From the NCBI RefSeq assembly GCF_002105155.1, contig NW_019029023.1, forward strand, positions 1 through 64,000: DNA of 64,000 nucleotides, written 5' to 3'. Shown piece by piece: positions 36,457-50,790 of the stretch. The position numbers were made by a program, and so were the translations under genes. This stretch comes from Lobosporangium transversale (lineage: Eukaryota). The notes under the pieces were generated by a model. That model did no database searches. It saw only the letters and a list, made by a program, of their open reading frames with translations, and was not told where the DNA came from. Every line of letters starts with the position of its first letter. Position 1 is the first letter of the stretch.

Positions 36457-38813
36457 TTAGAGCTGCTCGCCATAAAAATTGGATCCACTATGGTAACAAT
36501 GATCCAATACTGCAGCATTCGGGTCCGGATCTCTCCAGTTTGGATTTCCCCACCAAAATGGCATATTAATCTCCCACATCTGAAGTGCAAAAAAGATCAA
36601 CAAGGCTGAAATCGCCATGCCAGTATCCAAGGCTGCAGCCGTTAAATAATTGTATCTTGCCCACCATCCATATTGGTACCTTCTCAAGACAAAGGAAAAG
36701 ATGAAACCCCAGAATAGGCCGTTCGAGTACATGTAGGGAAGGCCTGGAGGCATATTTGAGGTCGAGGCCAACAACACGGGCCAATGCACATACTTTAGCC
36801 ACGAAACATTGGGGAACTTTTGAGACAAGAACCAAAAGATCAGGGGCAATGCAGCTCCCACAACGAATCCCCATTGAACAGGGGCATAGATCGCACCATC
36901 AACATCTCCAAAAACACGGGCTGGACCAATTGCGCCCCAAATGATCGAAGCAGCGTAGAAGGTACGAGATGTACGGCAAGTAAAAGGATAGCCTTCATCC
37001 GTGCAGATATTCTCACGGGTGTTGATGAGCCAAGTAGCGGTGGCCAAATTGATGATACAGGAGATCATGGCTGAGACCAGCTGAGCCATAAACATAGCTC
37101 GAGGAGGGATCTTCATGTAATGCCCAAGTTTCAAATCCCCCACAAAGCTGAGTGCCTGAACATTAACAATAAAACCATAAGTCTTGAAGGTCACGTTCGC
37201 AATCGCATGGCCAGGAAGCAAGAATCCAATCACGTACTCCGTAATGATGTTGAGTGATGGTTGTTGGTTTGTGATTGCTGCCACAATACCGACTGGAAGA
37301 ACAAAGATCAAGGCCATGACCAAAGCAAGCAGCAGGGCCCACCAGGGCATGTAATCCCAGACAACACAGGTGATCATACTCAAGACAAACATGACGCCAA
37401 ACAAGAGACCATACCACCAGTCGGGCACCTCAGGATAGACACTCATCAAGCGAGCATGAATATCCTCGCTATCAAGGCGAGAGTATCTCCAGCGCTCCAT
37501 AATCTCACGACCATTGTACAGAATGACATGGACGATTGTCGCTGTCAAGCCAGCGAAGCCGATGCCATAACTGATAGCAAAGAACGAATCCATACGAAGA
37601 GGACCATATTCTTTGTACTTGTTCTCATCCAAAAATCCTCTCTGATCCATCACAGCCGAAATGTTATAAGAGCTGCCATTATCTTGATAAAGCTGAGCAA
37701 TGACAATAGGGAAATTCTTGGACTTCCAAAGGTCGGTATAGTAGGCCCAAGGGCAGATAACGTAGGTGACAATGATGAAACCAATTAAAATATTGACTTG
37801 AGCAAACCAAGGCGTGGCCATGGGAGAAACATAGGCCGAAATAGCACCCCAATCCAAGGAAATGGTGCCGATACCCAGGCCATAGGATCCCGTCAACTGA
37901 GCCAGCACCACGTTGTCAGGATTAATCCAACAGAGAACTGAAAGCACACCTAGGGTTGGAAAGATGTAACCAGGGAGCCAGTAATAGAAGAACATACCCA
38001 TGCTGACTAAAAGAAAGTATTTCATTCTAGACATATGGCCATCGTCTACGGAACTGGCATGCAAGGAACGGAAAAGGGAAGCAGAGACCAGCGTTTGAGG
38101 CCAAATCATGTGTGCAGGTCGAACCAAGAATCGACGAAGAGCTCCCGCGATCGCAAAACCCGTAACTTGAGTTGTCAAAACCAACAACATCCCCGCAACA
38201 AAGGGCTTCTCAGAATTGTACCACACCTTTTGTAAGACCACAATGTCGACTGCATAGGCTGTACCACCATTGCAAGCCACCATAGTACCAATGAGAACAT
38301 GTTCTTTAATGGAAAAAGGGCCAGGATTTAATGTGAATTTGAACCCAAAGATGTTGAAATAGCGTGTAGGGAGGACACGAGCCATGAAACGACCCATGGG
38401 TAATGAGAGAAGGGCCACAACAGAGTAGCCGACAGTCACAGCCGTATAACGGAGATAGAAGAATTGGTTGATAAATGAGATGATGCAGGTCCAGCCGAGA
38501 CCGAGGAACCACATGCGGAAGGTATTGTATGGGAGGGTTGGATCATCAGTATCTAGCAAAGGAAGAAAAAAAAAAAAAAAAAAAAAGAGCCTTGTTAAAC
38601 CCCTAGAAAAAAAAAAAAAAAAAGTATAATAGTAGAATAAAGCAAAGAGGAGAGGAAAAGTGAGGGCTTACTAGAGATGGTAACGCGAACTTCTTCGATG
38701 GGAGAATCATCTTCCTCATCTATTTGCATATTCTTGTTCTCAAGATCGATATCATCATGGAGATGGGAATCATCGATATCATATTTTTCATTAAGGTATG
38801 CTTGTTTGTCCAT
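36457..38813 (-). CDS. OPT family oligopeptide transporter (exons 38813-38672 and 38552-36457)
   Basis: SPIEEVR, NPGPFSIKEH, DLKLGHYMKIPPR; many TM segments. Confidence 0.95.
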
Positions 38814-39854
38814 GGTTAAATAGGTAAACCCTCAGCGAGAGTTGAATGGAATGGCTGCTGATGAGTTTTGTTATTAATATTTGTTGTTACAGAAAAGGGA
38901 AAAGGAATTGTCGTTAAATGAAATAGAGTGTATTGGGCATCACCAAGGAAAAGCACTTGTAGGAGAGTAAGATTAAAAGGTTTAATGGGTTGATGGGATT
39001 AATGAATTAGATGGTTAATTGCCTTGTGCTCAATTAGGTAGTAGAGACATAAAGAATAAAAAACAATTGAGATGAAAGAAAGACGTATTTGTGTCTGTGC
39101 AGATGGAGGATAATAAAAGATTAGAAGAAACGCTATGAAATGTAGTGGGCAATGAAGCGGTATTTATACGGGTGGAAGATGAAGATAGGGGTGAATTGTA
39201 TGTGTGTTGGACAAGATGTCAACAATCTGAAACGCGAAGATCATTCCTCGGGCGTTGTGTGTGCATGCCTTGTTACTGCAACACAAATAAAGTACTGCAG
39301 CTGTTGTTGATGTTACAAGACTGCATGCACAGGGCTCGGAGTTGTCTCTCTTTTTTCTTTTCCTCTATTGAATCCACATTCAAAAAGGACCATCAGGTAA
39401 GCAAACCATGTTTCCGTAAACAGTAAACATGGCTCACTTTTTTTTTTTTTTTTTTTTTTTTTTTTCTTTGTGATGCCCGCCACTCCCTTATTCACTAATT
39501 TCATGTTGAACGTTGAATAAACACAATTTATCGTATTATAAATATATTAAACTAAACATCAAGCATGCTTAAGAAAATTCACATTGTATCCACACGCTTG
39601 CCATGTTTATTCATAACTTGGGTGGAAAATATACAGAAAATCTCGGAGGGGAAACCAGCCGGATAGGGGTATAAAGTGCAGTTCAGAACAACAGAGAACA
39701 GTAGCGAAGGTAATGGTGCAGGGATGAATGAATATACAATGAATGAGATAAACTTATTTTTCGGCTGTTGAATATTGAGAGCAGTGCTAAGGCCAATCAT
39801 CAGCTTAGTGTTGAGTTAAAGCGAGGGAGAGGGAAATAGCCCCGCATGCTTAGA

Positions 39855-39888
<34 letters not shown>

Positions 39889-40268
39889 GAGAAGCGTATA
39901 AAGATGTTTGTTACTCCTGGATGGCATGCTGAGTTACTAATGAATGATGCCTATAAAGAACATAAAAAAAAAAGAATGAAGGCTACGAAGAGCTTGTTGA
40001 GTAAAGTTTGAGATTTAGAGAACAACCTTTATTGGAATGCTTGCATAAATCACAGATGTAACAACCAAAACGTGCATGTCATTAAAGGAGAAGTTTCTTT
40101 TTTGGGCGCATCACTTCGCGTCTATTAAACTTTGGATACAAAGTGGATTCTCTCTCATCTTCCCCGTTACTTCCAGGGGTCGAGTCGGGCGTTAGAATGA
40201 AGGAAATACCTTGAAAGTTGAGCTCTTGCCGCGTCATGAGTAGTGCTTGTCTATGAGCTCTGAACTCT

Positions 40269-40305
<37 letters not shown>

Positions 40306-41439
40306 GTGACCAGGCTTGTTTCGCCTCTCTGTCAAAAGAATAATTGCGGCGCCATTCTCACTACACGCCTATATCTGGACGATTCATCTGTCATAGTCTA
40401 GATCTCCGAATGGCTTTTATTGTACCAGTCCATAAGAGATCATCTCCCTAAAAGCAAAGCTTAAAGTGATGAGAAACTGAATAGAGACAGGAGTATAGCA
40501 ACTGAATGATGTTTTCTCTCCCACATACACCATGTTTCTCGTAATATCATAAAAAAAAAAGATCGAGAATCATGAAAGACAATAAAGATGCTTCAACTGA
40601 TGACTTTTGTGCATTGAAGGTGCAGCAAGGACAAAGAACACATTTAAAGTTTGAATAATTTTGTGTACTCCCTGAAAAATTCGAAATTTAATTCACCCTT
40701 ATTCTCCTCACTGTTTCATGACTGACATCAGTGTCCATGATGCCTAGATGCTCATTAGATATTCAATTGATTAAAAAAAACAAATTCCTGGGATATGATG
40801 CACCCTGTACCCGAAGAAGTTTAATCTCCATCATTAGTCTTTCCACTTCCCTGGCTCTCGCGTGGTTAGTCATTCTTTCTGTCTCGCCACTCCTTGTTTT
40901 ATTACAAATATTAATAAATCAATTAACCTTTTTTTTTTCTCAAATGCACGGCGCAGCCTGGAAGAATGTTGGACGCCAATTTGGTTATTCTTTTTTTAGA
41001 AATCAACATTGACGCTGAAAAGCACCATGATCCATTCGCGCCTTTTTTTTTAAGATTAGAAGCGGCGCTGCAACTGTATACTACAGTGGATTCCAAAGGC
41101 ATCCTAACCCGCACCTTATATTACTCTTACAGCCGCATACACCAAGCATTGATAGTTGAAGAAAATGTCAATACAATCACCATCTCTAGCGCCCCATGTA
41201 ATGTATGAATGTCCTATTAAGTACACATCATGAAGGAGAAGCATAATGATAAGACATGTAATACACACAAAAAAAAGTGAGGACCTGTTTACCTGACGCT
41301 CCGCAGGCGGCAGTCTTCGTTTAGTTTTTTTTTCTCCCAGATATTCCATGAATAAGATGGACTGCGAACTGGGATTTTGTCCCTTCTTTCTTGTTCACCC
41401 ATTGTCAAAGGCCAATAATATGGCCAGTGCGCTATTTCC

Positions 41440-41470
<31 letters not shown>

Positions 41471-43948
41471 TGTAAAACATACAAACCGTGCAGGTGCCCT
41501 GTTTAAAAAGTCTCTTTGGACGTCTTTTTTCCTTGCATGGACTGTCGACTCTTTCAAGTTTCATGCAGGCCTTTTTTTTTTTTTTTTTTTTGTCAAGCCT
41601 ATCAAAATCCTGCCATTACTTCTTAAACTATGGCCGTGTCTCATCGGATGCCCATGGACCTTGGACCAAAGCCCTCAGTACGTTGTGTTTTACCTGCGCA
41701 CTGATTTTTTGTGCTTGTGCTTTGCCATACGAAGGGAGGAGGGTTATTTTTTTTAATCATGCATCATTGCATGTGCCTGTGTTTGTTTGTTCTTGTACAA
41801 CGCTCGGATAATTATTATTTTTTTTCTACGTGTTTCAAAAAAGTGAGCCCTTGCGCATCTTTTGAGTCACGCCAAAAAAGACTTTTTTGTTTTTCAAAGG
41901 GCACTCGTTTTCAGGTTTATTACGCCAGGTGTACACTGTTAAAAGAGTGAGTGGAAGGTGGAATACGGACAGACACGTATGCCTTTAAGGATTTTGTAAA
42001 TTTCACTATAGTAGTTCGCGCCTCTCAACAGATAATGATCATAATTGCCATCCTTTGGGCTTCCCCGTCAACAAGACATTTCTCCTTCCCAAGATTAGAT
42101 TGCAAAAAAGGTGGTCAATCCACAAATAGCCAATTTAGCTGAGATCAAGTGGTTACAACTTAATCACCAGCTGTAACGATACCGTCTTAATAGACTTGCA
42201 GAAATGTAAACAAGAAACAAACCATTGGTATAGGAAAAAGGCAATGCTGAGGCATGCTCGAGATCGCAACCAAGGAGCACAAGTTAATGAATATCTTTAA
42301 GCCAGGTCACATTAGAAAATTTACGAGGCAAAAACCAGGACAGAAATTGCAGCATAATGCCAACCAAGAATCCCTAATGGACTTGGGACTTGGAGATATA
42401 GAGCACTATCTTTATTCCCAAAGACTTTAGCTCATGAGCACAGATATTAGAACAAGTTTAGCTAGCCACAATGCAGCCGTCAAGTTGATCAATCTTGAGA
42501 TGACAGTTGAGAGAAGTCGAGCCATAAATACCATACCAGGCGGGACTATCTGATTTGACCCAGTTTCAAATCTGAAGAGAAGGTCAAGGATTGCACATCA
42601 ACGACAAACCCACATATCTTGAGGGCCACATTTGCAATTGCACGTCTGGGAAATATACTCTCGATCACATATTTTGTTACAGTGTTTTGGCCTGGCTACT
42701 GATTTGTTACCGCTTGAACGACATCCATATCAGAGAGCCAAAGAAGATAGAGATCTCTAGAGCCGAGAGGATAGCCTACCAGGGGATATCATCCCAAACG
42801 ATACAGGTAACAAGCAAGAGAGCCACTATAGCAATAAATAGGGTCAGATATCACCCATCTGGGATCACAGGATACGCTTGCATCAAACGAGAGTGAATAT
42901 TCTCATCCTCTGCATGAGCTGATTCCATCAGGTCACCGTCCCACTGCCATGATATAACAGCACTTGCACAGCCGTTGCAGCCAGACCAGCAAGACCAGCT
43001 CCACAAGTCAATACAAAGAATGAATGCGATAGAATATACTAGAATTTACAGCTTCGCCCAAAATCTAGAGCCTTCCATTGATAAATAATTTAAATAGAGC
43101 TTTAACACTTTTTAATAAATCATCAACTATACCTATCCTCTCGACCCCTGACCAAGACTTTTGCAATGAACCAATGCGGACTGGACCGTAGGCCCAGTTG
43201 ATATCATCTAAAACGCTGTCAGTCAAAACTTTGCCTTTGTTATATGGGTGGCTGACTATACCCACGGAATAGTTGAGGAGACATTATTGGATAGGTTTTG
43301 GGTGTCCAAAGATTGGTATAAAGTGAGGCGATTCAGAAGATCTATGAAAGCATCCCAATTGTAGGGAATATGAATTCTAGGAACAAACGAGCACATTTCC
43401 TTTTCAGAAGAGTGACACTGTGACTAATTTTGGGGGTTAGGCCACGTGGGCAGGCCAAGCTATTTAACTATATATTTAGACATTACTCTGTCTAGGAGTA
43501 AGAAGATGCAACGTGGGTCTTGTGTAGTCTTTTATCAGTGTTTTGTACTGATGTACCTCCATACCTGAATTCGGTAAAATAAACCGATTGTGACATACAA
43601 AATTTACGGTATTTGCAAAAGTAAAAAATCGGTAAGTTTCTTGCCGGTTTCTTACCTCTGTATAGGCTCGTTCCCATCCCTCTTCACTTTATAAAGGTGA
43701 CAGGAAATTTCATTTCCTTTTTCAGTCACCTATAGTGAAGGGGCCGAACTGTAGAAACTAGTGGCAATAACGCGTCACACTAAGACGCGACAAATCTTTG
43801 ACATGAGAATCCATGTTGTCCTATAGATAGATATGTAGCTATCTGGTACAAGCCCCTCTACCAGAAATGAATAAAATAATCCATGGGTGTGGTGTGTTGA
43901 CCCACATCTTATTCTCACTTACTTTTCGACTGTCTACTATCTATCTGA

Positions 43949-44926
43949 AAATATTTTTCACACCTCAAATTTCTCCTCGATGATCTCAAAAAAACCATTG
44001 TCTACTTCCAGTGCAAGCGCGAAATCAAATATTGGTATGAGCATTTGGCTAAATCAGCAAAGGACAAGATCGCTGAATATTATGCCGACTTCTCCGAACC
44101 TTACAAGCGACGGACCATGGAACGGTTTAAGCGTGGCAATTTCCTCATTTTGTTGTCTACGGAAGCAGCCGGGATGGGATGTGACATTAGCGATGTTCTC
44201 CGTGTTGTGCAGTACAAGTGTCCAGAATCTATCTTAGCTCTTGTGCAGCGTCTTGGGCGTGCGGCTCGCAATCCGAAGCTTCGAGGTGAGGGTATTTTAT
44301 TGGTACCCCCACCGTCCACTGATACTAGGTTCCCAGATAACGATCTCGCCAATTACATTACGACTAAAGGATGTCGGCGGGAAGTCCTTAATAGTATCTT
44401 CGGCAATAACCCCTCACCTAATGAAGACTGTTGCGATAACTGCCATAGAATCCCTGAGCAGCTGCAACTTTGTTGCAATGAAATCCGCGTTGATGTCACA
44501 CCGAGAGTTCGTCGAACGGCAGAACAGAAGGAAGCTGCCAAGCGAGCCATAAAGGATTGGAGATCGGCAGTGTTCCGAAGGGATTTTGAGCCAGTTAAGC
44601 CCTGGCTAAGGGAAACTTGTGTGATAACGGTTGTGGCGATCAATAAGTTGGGCGAAAAGTTTGGCAATGTTACGACGGCCAAATCAATAATGAATCTCAG
44701 CGGCTGGACTTTTTGTTTTCCCAAACATTTAAAGGAGCTCACCGACATGCTTGTTCAATTAAACGAGGATATTGATAATGAAGGTCGCTCAAACCTGCCG
44801 CCGCAGCTCCAAATTAGGGACTCTCATGTTAATCAGGCTGGTCCTGTTCGGAGAGTTCGGCAGACCGCAAGGCCAACGTTTTCATTTAAAAATATGACTT
44901 CTTTAGACTTTGCCACACCTAGGTGA
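43949..44926 (+). pseudogene. RecQ-like SF2 helicase, C-terminal half only
   Basis: KTIVYF, LLSTEAAGMGCDISDV, QRLGRAAR and Zn module CRR...CCDNC; no Walker A or DExH domain upstream (stop at 43946-43948). Confidence 0.85.
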
Positions 44927-45789
44927 GATGTTTCTGATTGTCCGGTCAAGGAGATCAAAAATTGTTTTTATTATCGTTCCCAGGCGGGAGTCTTTATTAA
45001 GGACCCGCCATGACCGTCACAAAAATCCTGATCTTATGAATAAAAATGGAAGTGCACCTCACTTCCAAGCCTCGGAACGTAACACTAGGAAGCCCAATGG
45101 CAACTGAGATGGAATGATGCTGTGGTGTTTACACCACATAACTTACCTAGCTAGCTACATACCTATTTAAATCTAGTCTGTGGAAAATTAAAGGATTGAT
45201 TGTTCTTCACTGGCCATTGACACGTACAGATTTGACGGACACCCTACTGTGGATTTTTTTCTTATGGGAGAATCTTGTGATGTCTAATCGAAATGGGCAG
45301 CCCCTCAACGGCACAGGAAGACCTGTCCTGTTGCCAATGTTGTACTGTAGATTTTAGAATAAAGCGATTCAATTGGCCTGAAAAAATAAACTGTTCTTTT
45401 CTCATCAATCTTCTCATCAGTAGCGCTATTCCGTTACAATGTTCGTAGACCATAATAAAAAAACCCCCTTTTTTTGTCATGTAAAATGTTCTAAGTTTAT
45501 TTAAACATTCCAGACCGATTCCCAGATGTCTGTTTATCTCATATAATTCCCAGAGTGCGAACACGAATCTAACTATAGTTTTCATACACGTCCACCCTTT
45601 TTTAATTTTTTTTTTTGTTTTTTCATCAGTGTGTTTCAATCGTAAAAGAAAAACACAAACCTATATAAACATGTTAAAGATGAACATCTCCCCTCTCCTC
45701 TCTCTATTTTTATGCTTCCACTCTACTTTTATCCAGCTTTACACTTTTATGCTTTTACTTATTGAAAACCTTCTTCATCTTATTCTCAG

Positions 45790-47646
45790 AAATACCGTGC
45801 TTCAGCTTCAGCCAGCTCAATATTCAACTCGAACTACTCCAATATTCTACAAGTACACAGTTTGGTCAAGGTAATGGTAGCATCCAATGTATTTTCCCTC
45901 AGCCTGAAGGGGGAGGTGTGTACTCCACTTTAGGGGGATTTGTCCTGAAGGGGGAGGTGTGTACTTCACTTTAGGGTGTAATGGAAGGTGTGTACTTCAT
46001 TACTACATTGGGTTGCTAACCATTACTTTTTTCATGTAGGGGATGGCCAATCATCTTGATATAAGCATCGAAGAGCTCTTCAAGAGCCACGGTGTTTCCA
46101 CACATCCTGGTGTACTATACTTCCAAACCCGTAATGCTGGCGATTCGGCGAAATTTAATATTCAAGCTATATTAAATTTCATAATTGTTCGAGCAACAGC
46201 AGCATCAAGCGCCATATCACAGACTGGAACACATGGATCAAGCTTTTCCAACAGAATCCTATTCCCGGCCTTGAATACATTAATGAATTCAAAGACATCT
46301 ACCTGCGCGACATTCAATTCCCAAAAATTGGTATGGTAAAATAACCTATTTTAAATGCGTATTTGCAATAACAAACGAACTCAATTTTAACAAAAAAAAA
46401 AGACTTGACCACCGTTACAGAGGATGATCCTTTTAGAAATGGCTATAACAAATACAAAGGGGCCGCATGGGTCATGGAGCACATTGACGAAGTATTTGAC
46501 GTAGACTCTGCTCTCTTCGCGTATACGGTCGCACAAGAAAAGGAATCAGTACTTCACTCTTTTATAATTGATTTAAAGCCCGAAGACATTCATTCTGAGC
46601 TTGCCTATATACCCGAAATCTACAGAGACAAGCTGATTTCATCAATCAATAGCGCCGACCAGAGATTCTTGACCAATATTAACATAAAGTGCGACACTTG
46701 GATAGAACATATATTGGACCACTATTCATCCTTACCTTCATCAGATCCTGACACGGGTCTCGACGCCTATGATCAGCTTCTTTCATCAGGATGGAGGACC
46801 ATGGAGGAGCTTTATCCAGCTCATACCAAAGATGATTCCAACTTTATGAAATGCCTATATGGATTATTACTACAGCTTCATTCCTTGTACGCTGCTAACA
46901 AAAATCTACTTCCTGACAATGAAAAAGAGACATGGTATCTTAGCAACATATGGTACCCCTTCTTTCGTCTAATTTGCAACCCCGCCAGCAATCTTCAATT
47001 TGAATGCGCTGAAACAACTTCATATTCATCATTTGGAAGGCAAAACACCAAAAGGAGTTTGGGCACCAAACAAGTAACTGGACGCAAGTGCGATATTATA
47101 TTTAAGTCAACATTGTCCGGAGTAGAAATAGCGGTAGTGGAGGCCAGCAATGACAACCGTGGACCTAATACAACTAAATCGTTAATGGATGAACGAAAAA
47201 TAGCCAAAATATTAAAGGACATGTTCGATAGCAATTGTATGAAAGCTGCAGAGCCGACAATAACCAGAGGCAAGGCTTCTACCTTTGGCATACTAATTAA
47301 TGGAGCTAGTGCAACACTTTGTTCTTTATCCTACATTGATGGCCGATATTACCGGTTTTCCAAGGTTGAGCCGCTCGAAATCCCACCTACTTGGAATATC
47401 AGTGCGATCATTCATGTTATAAGGGGAATGCTATCCTTTCAAGCATGCCTCAAAAAACATGCCAGTCTGATTTATGATGGATCGAATGAAAAAAAGTCAT
47501 TCCGAAATGAAAACCACGCCTCCTCCTTTTTTCCTCCAACCTTTCTGACTCCTTGTAGCTCCAGATCTGGCTCACCAAATTACTCAAAAAGATGTAAAAG
47601 TATCCGGACAAATAGTAGCGATAGCTTGGAAAATGATGATGAATAG
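45790..47646 (+). CDS. Spliced passenger gene with a putative PD-(D/E)XK nuclease-fold C-terminal domain; 5' end unresolved
   Basis: 413-aa ORF with GRKCDIIFK...EIAVVEAS...DERKIAKILKDM; upstream exons ~45790-45870 and 46040-~46330; first intron has GT, CTAAC and TAG signals. Confidence 0.6.
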
Positions 47647-47858
47647 AAAATGCATATGGCTATTACATTTTTCAAAGGGCTTCATGAGATGTTCGATGAG
47701 ACTGATAGCCGACATTAAGTTTTTTTTTTTATATTCAATCATTACAAGACGCAATGAAGGGTAGATACTGAGATGATGCGGCAAAAACAGCGGAGACTAT
47801 CGCAAGACATATACTGATGAAGCCGAGGGCTATGGGTAAGAGTGAGGATATGGCCAAA

Positions 47859-47944
47859 TGTGACAGTATATAGCCTTAAGCCTATAAAAAGGCTTGTTTT
47901 AATAATTTTAATAAAATCATCTTTTGTCTTTCTTAACTATTACA
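47859..47944 (+). mobile_element. 86-bp solo LTR
   Basis: TGTGA...TTACA ends; perfect 5-bp TSD CCAAA; TATAAAA and AATAAA inside; second copy at 22075-22146. Confidence 0.85.
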
Positions 47945-48137
47945 CCAAAATGGGAACACAATTGAAGCTGGAGATGGGGTATAGGACGAAGTATTAGCGC
48001 AAAAATGAGAGATAGCTACAATATAAAATATTCGGTGATCTTTTAGTCAAACCACGACGACATATGCAAACTGGGACTATATAGGTACGGCTCTTTGGAT
48101 CGGCCCTAGCACCTGTACATTAGGATTTTATTCACTT

Positions 48138-50790
48138 TCATAAATATACCTCATCCTCCTCATCCTCCTCACCATTCTCACCATCCTCACCCCCACCATC
48201 CTCACCACCCTCACTATCCTCACCATCTTCACTACCCTTACCATCATCCCTATCGTCCTCATCATCCAGCATCATATCCATATCTGGGTTATTGTATACA
48301 TCCGTCTGCTCGGCTCCAGGGAAACAGGACGTTATATAAGTTTCCGTCTGCTCATCTTCTGCCGAAAGACACGCGAGAGTGCCTTCCATATCATCAGCAT
48401 TATTCTGTTTGGAGATTTGCTCCATAAAGTCTTGGAAGCATCCTCCTTCCAGTTTTTCAAAGCCTTCGCAATACAAATCTCTAACAATCGGAACATGGTC
48501 GCAGCCCAAGCAAGGACCTCGGCCGAGAATGTTGTAGGTCCGGAGATGAGCTACTATTCTCATGATGTCTATATTCGTAGAAACTGGCGAGTGTCGAGTG
48601 CTGGTGGGAACGATGTCGTACTCTCTCTCGAATATTGATTTGAGCCTTGAAAAAAGACGAACATTAGTTGATATTGAATTGGCCAATACATCCCAGGACA
48701 TATTGCTTCCCTTCGCTACATGGATGACTTTAATCAGCAGATTATTATGCTCCTGATACAAATCCGTTGGGATCCATGCATTCTCCTTGCCCTTCGTATT
48801 TATCAGCAATGAAGCTAAAACGGCCTTCCTCCGTTGTTCAGACCAGCCGTGGTGAATCCCTTATGCCAACCGCAAGAGCTCCCTCGCATAATTCTTCATT
48901 CCTCCAGCTTGAAACATGACAGTTATTGTTTCCAACACATTTTTTATCCGCCCAACATCCCCGGCCTTGATGGCAGCACCCAACTCAATATAAGCAAGGG
49001 TGTCTCTGAGGAACAAGACCGCGTTCGCGTTCGCATTGCTGTATTCCATGGCGACTCGGTTTGCGTTGCGCAGGCACTTTTGGACTACGGCATTGACTCT
49101 CTCGAACATTTGGACTCGCCCGTTGCCCGATTTGCCATGGCTTTCCAACCCACATTCATAAGCTCTCATATCGCTGATTTCCAGCCTAAACTCGACCTCC
49201 CATAGTCGCCTGACCATTGCATCGAAAGTGTGCCTTATTAGCTCGTCTGCGGCGTGAAAATTTGATGTATCCATACCTAGACGCTTGCGTTCCAGCATAG
49301 ATATAATAAAACCTAGTGACCCTGGAGACGAAAAGGATCCATAATGAGTACGAAGGATTGTACCGCAGAGAACCATCTGAAGGTGAAAGAGCTGTATTAG
49401 AGGAAGCGCCCATTGCATCCGACTGAAGCTTGTTGTATCGGCTGCACGTAATTCTTGCAAGGATATTATTCTGGATATCGTAAGCTGATCCCCCGCAACT
49501 ATGATTTTCGTATAATCGTTGAACCACTCTTCAGGCAACTGAAGGACGTCTCTCATAGTTTTCTCAAGGACCTCAATGTTGCCCGATATAGTAGCCTGGT
49601 CAATTTCCAACGAACGCAACGGGCATGTCTTAGTTTCCTGGACTTCGAGGGGCTCCACTGAAGGAATGCTGATCGGGGTACCGTAGGTAACGAAATGTCG
49701 CTGAAGTACATCAATCAAATGGAATTGTATGACATCTCTACGGCATTATTAGAACTATTAGCAAAATAATTAAATGAACTGTTATGTGCTTCACCCATGT
49801 TTTTGTGCCTGTTCCTCACCTAGCATACAATTGCTCGAGAAGAAAGGTGGAAATGGTAGGGGGGACGGTTACATCTTGGTCTGGGTCAATATCTTCACCA
49901 AGTACGATGGTTGAGGTGGTCCCATTGTCGAAGGAGTCCAAGTTATTACTGCGCTGGTCATACTTCCGATTAGCAATATTGATATTATCATACACTAGGA
50001 AAAAATGGCGTTTCTTAACTTGGAAGCGGACTTCCTCGAGTGAATTCGCCGTTAATGATTTAAGGGCTGTGCAGATCGTCATGTGCGACACTGACATACC
50101 AGACGCAGCGAGCAAATTTATCACACGCTTCGGACATCCCGAGGCATGCAAATGAAGCCCCATCATCATTTGCAAATAGTTCGATTTCTGAGAACGGAGT
50201 TTCACCAGCATGCTAAAGATGGTGGCAGCAACTGCTGGTGCGTATTTAGTGGGCCTATGATTGACACGCGTTAAGTTGTAAATGATCTTAAAGAGGAGGG
50301 GTGCTGACGCCAATTTTTTTTCAATTAAAGTTAATGAAAATTTCTGAACCACCGTGGGGGACAGGTTGTTGGCTGGGAGCCTCAGATCGTCGGTCAAAGT
50401 GAGCTGCTCGAGCTCGTCTATTGCACCCTCAACGACAATATTTGCTACGGCCCTGGAGAAATCGCCATATTCATTGTAAGGCCTTTCGAATTTCAATCGC
50501 AAGCCCCAGACCTTTACTATGTAGGCAGGGCCTTTGTTTTTGTAAAAGCTCTGGACACTTCTTTTGATGTTCTGATCATCCGAATTGAATATATCTAATA
50601 GAAGCTGTACCAGTGATTTTTTGTTTGTTTTCATAACGTTAAATATCTCGAGTAGATAATCATCCTTTGGACGACACATAAAAGAAGTTTCGTCGATAAT
50701 AGTCAACTCCTCCTGCTGCTTTGATGTAGCAGCTTTAGGAGTCACTGGCACCTCCGTTGCCGTGTGTTTTTTCCAGCGCTCGCCCTTTAT
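48138..50790 (-). pseudogene. DUF6589-type (Academ-like) transposase, spliced, with an in-frame TAA at 48861-48863; first exon unresolved
   Basis: SQKSNYLQ, LVYDNIN, AGDQLT, QLFHLQM, TDLYQEHNN and an acidic tail; intron near 49740-49818. Confidence 0.82.

Noticed and set aside
36457..38813. OPT transporter as part of the glycan cluster
   Set aside because: OPT proteins carry peptides or glutathione, not nucleotide sugars; adjacency is the only link.
39000..42150. Short ORFs upstream of the OPT gene
   Set aside because: They arise from poly-A/T tracts and show no domain or coherent splice pattern.
45903..45975. ~40-bp tandem duplication (CCTGAAGGGGGAGGTGTGTACT...)
   Set aside because: It lies within an intron of the passenger gene and looks like a local duplication with no evident function.
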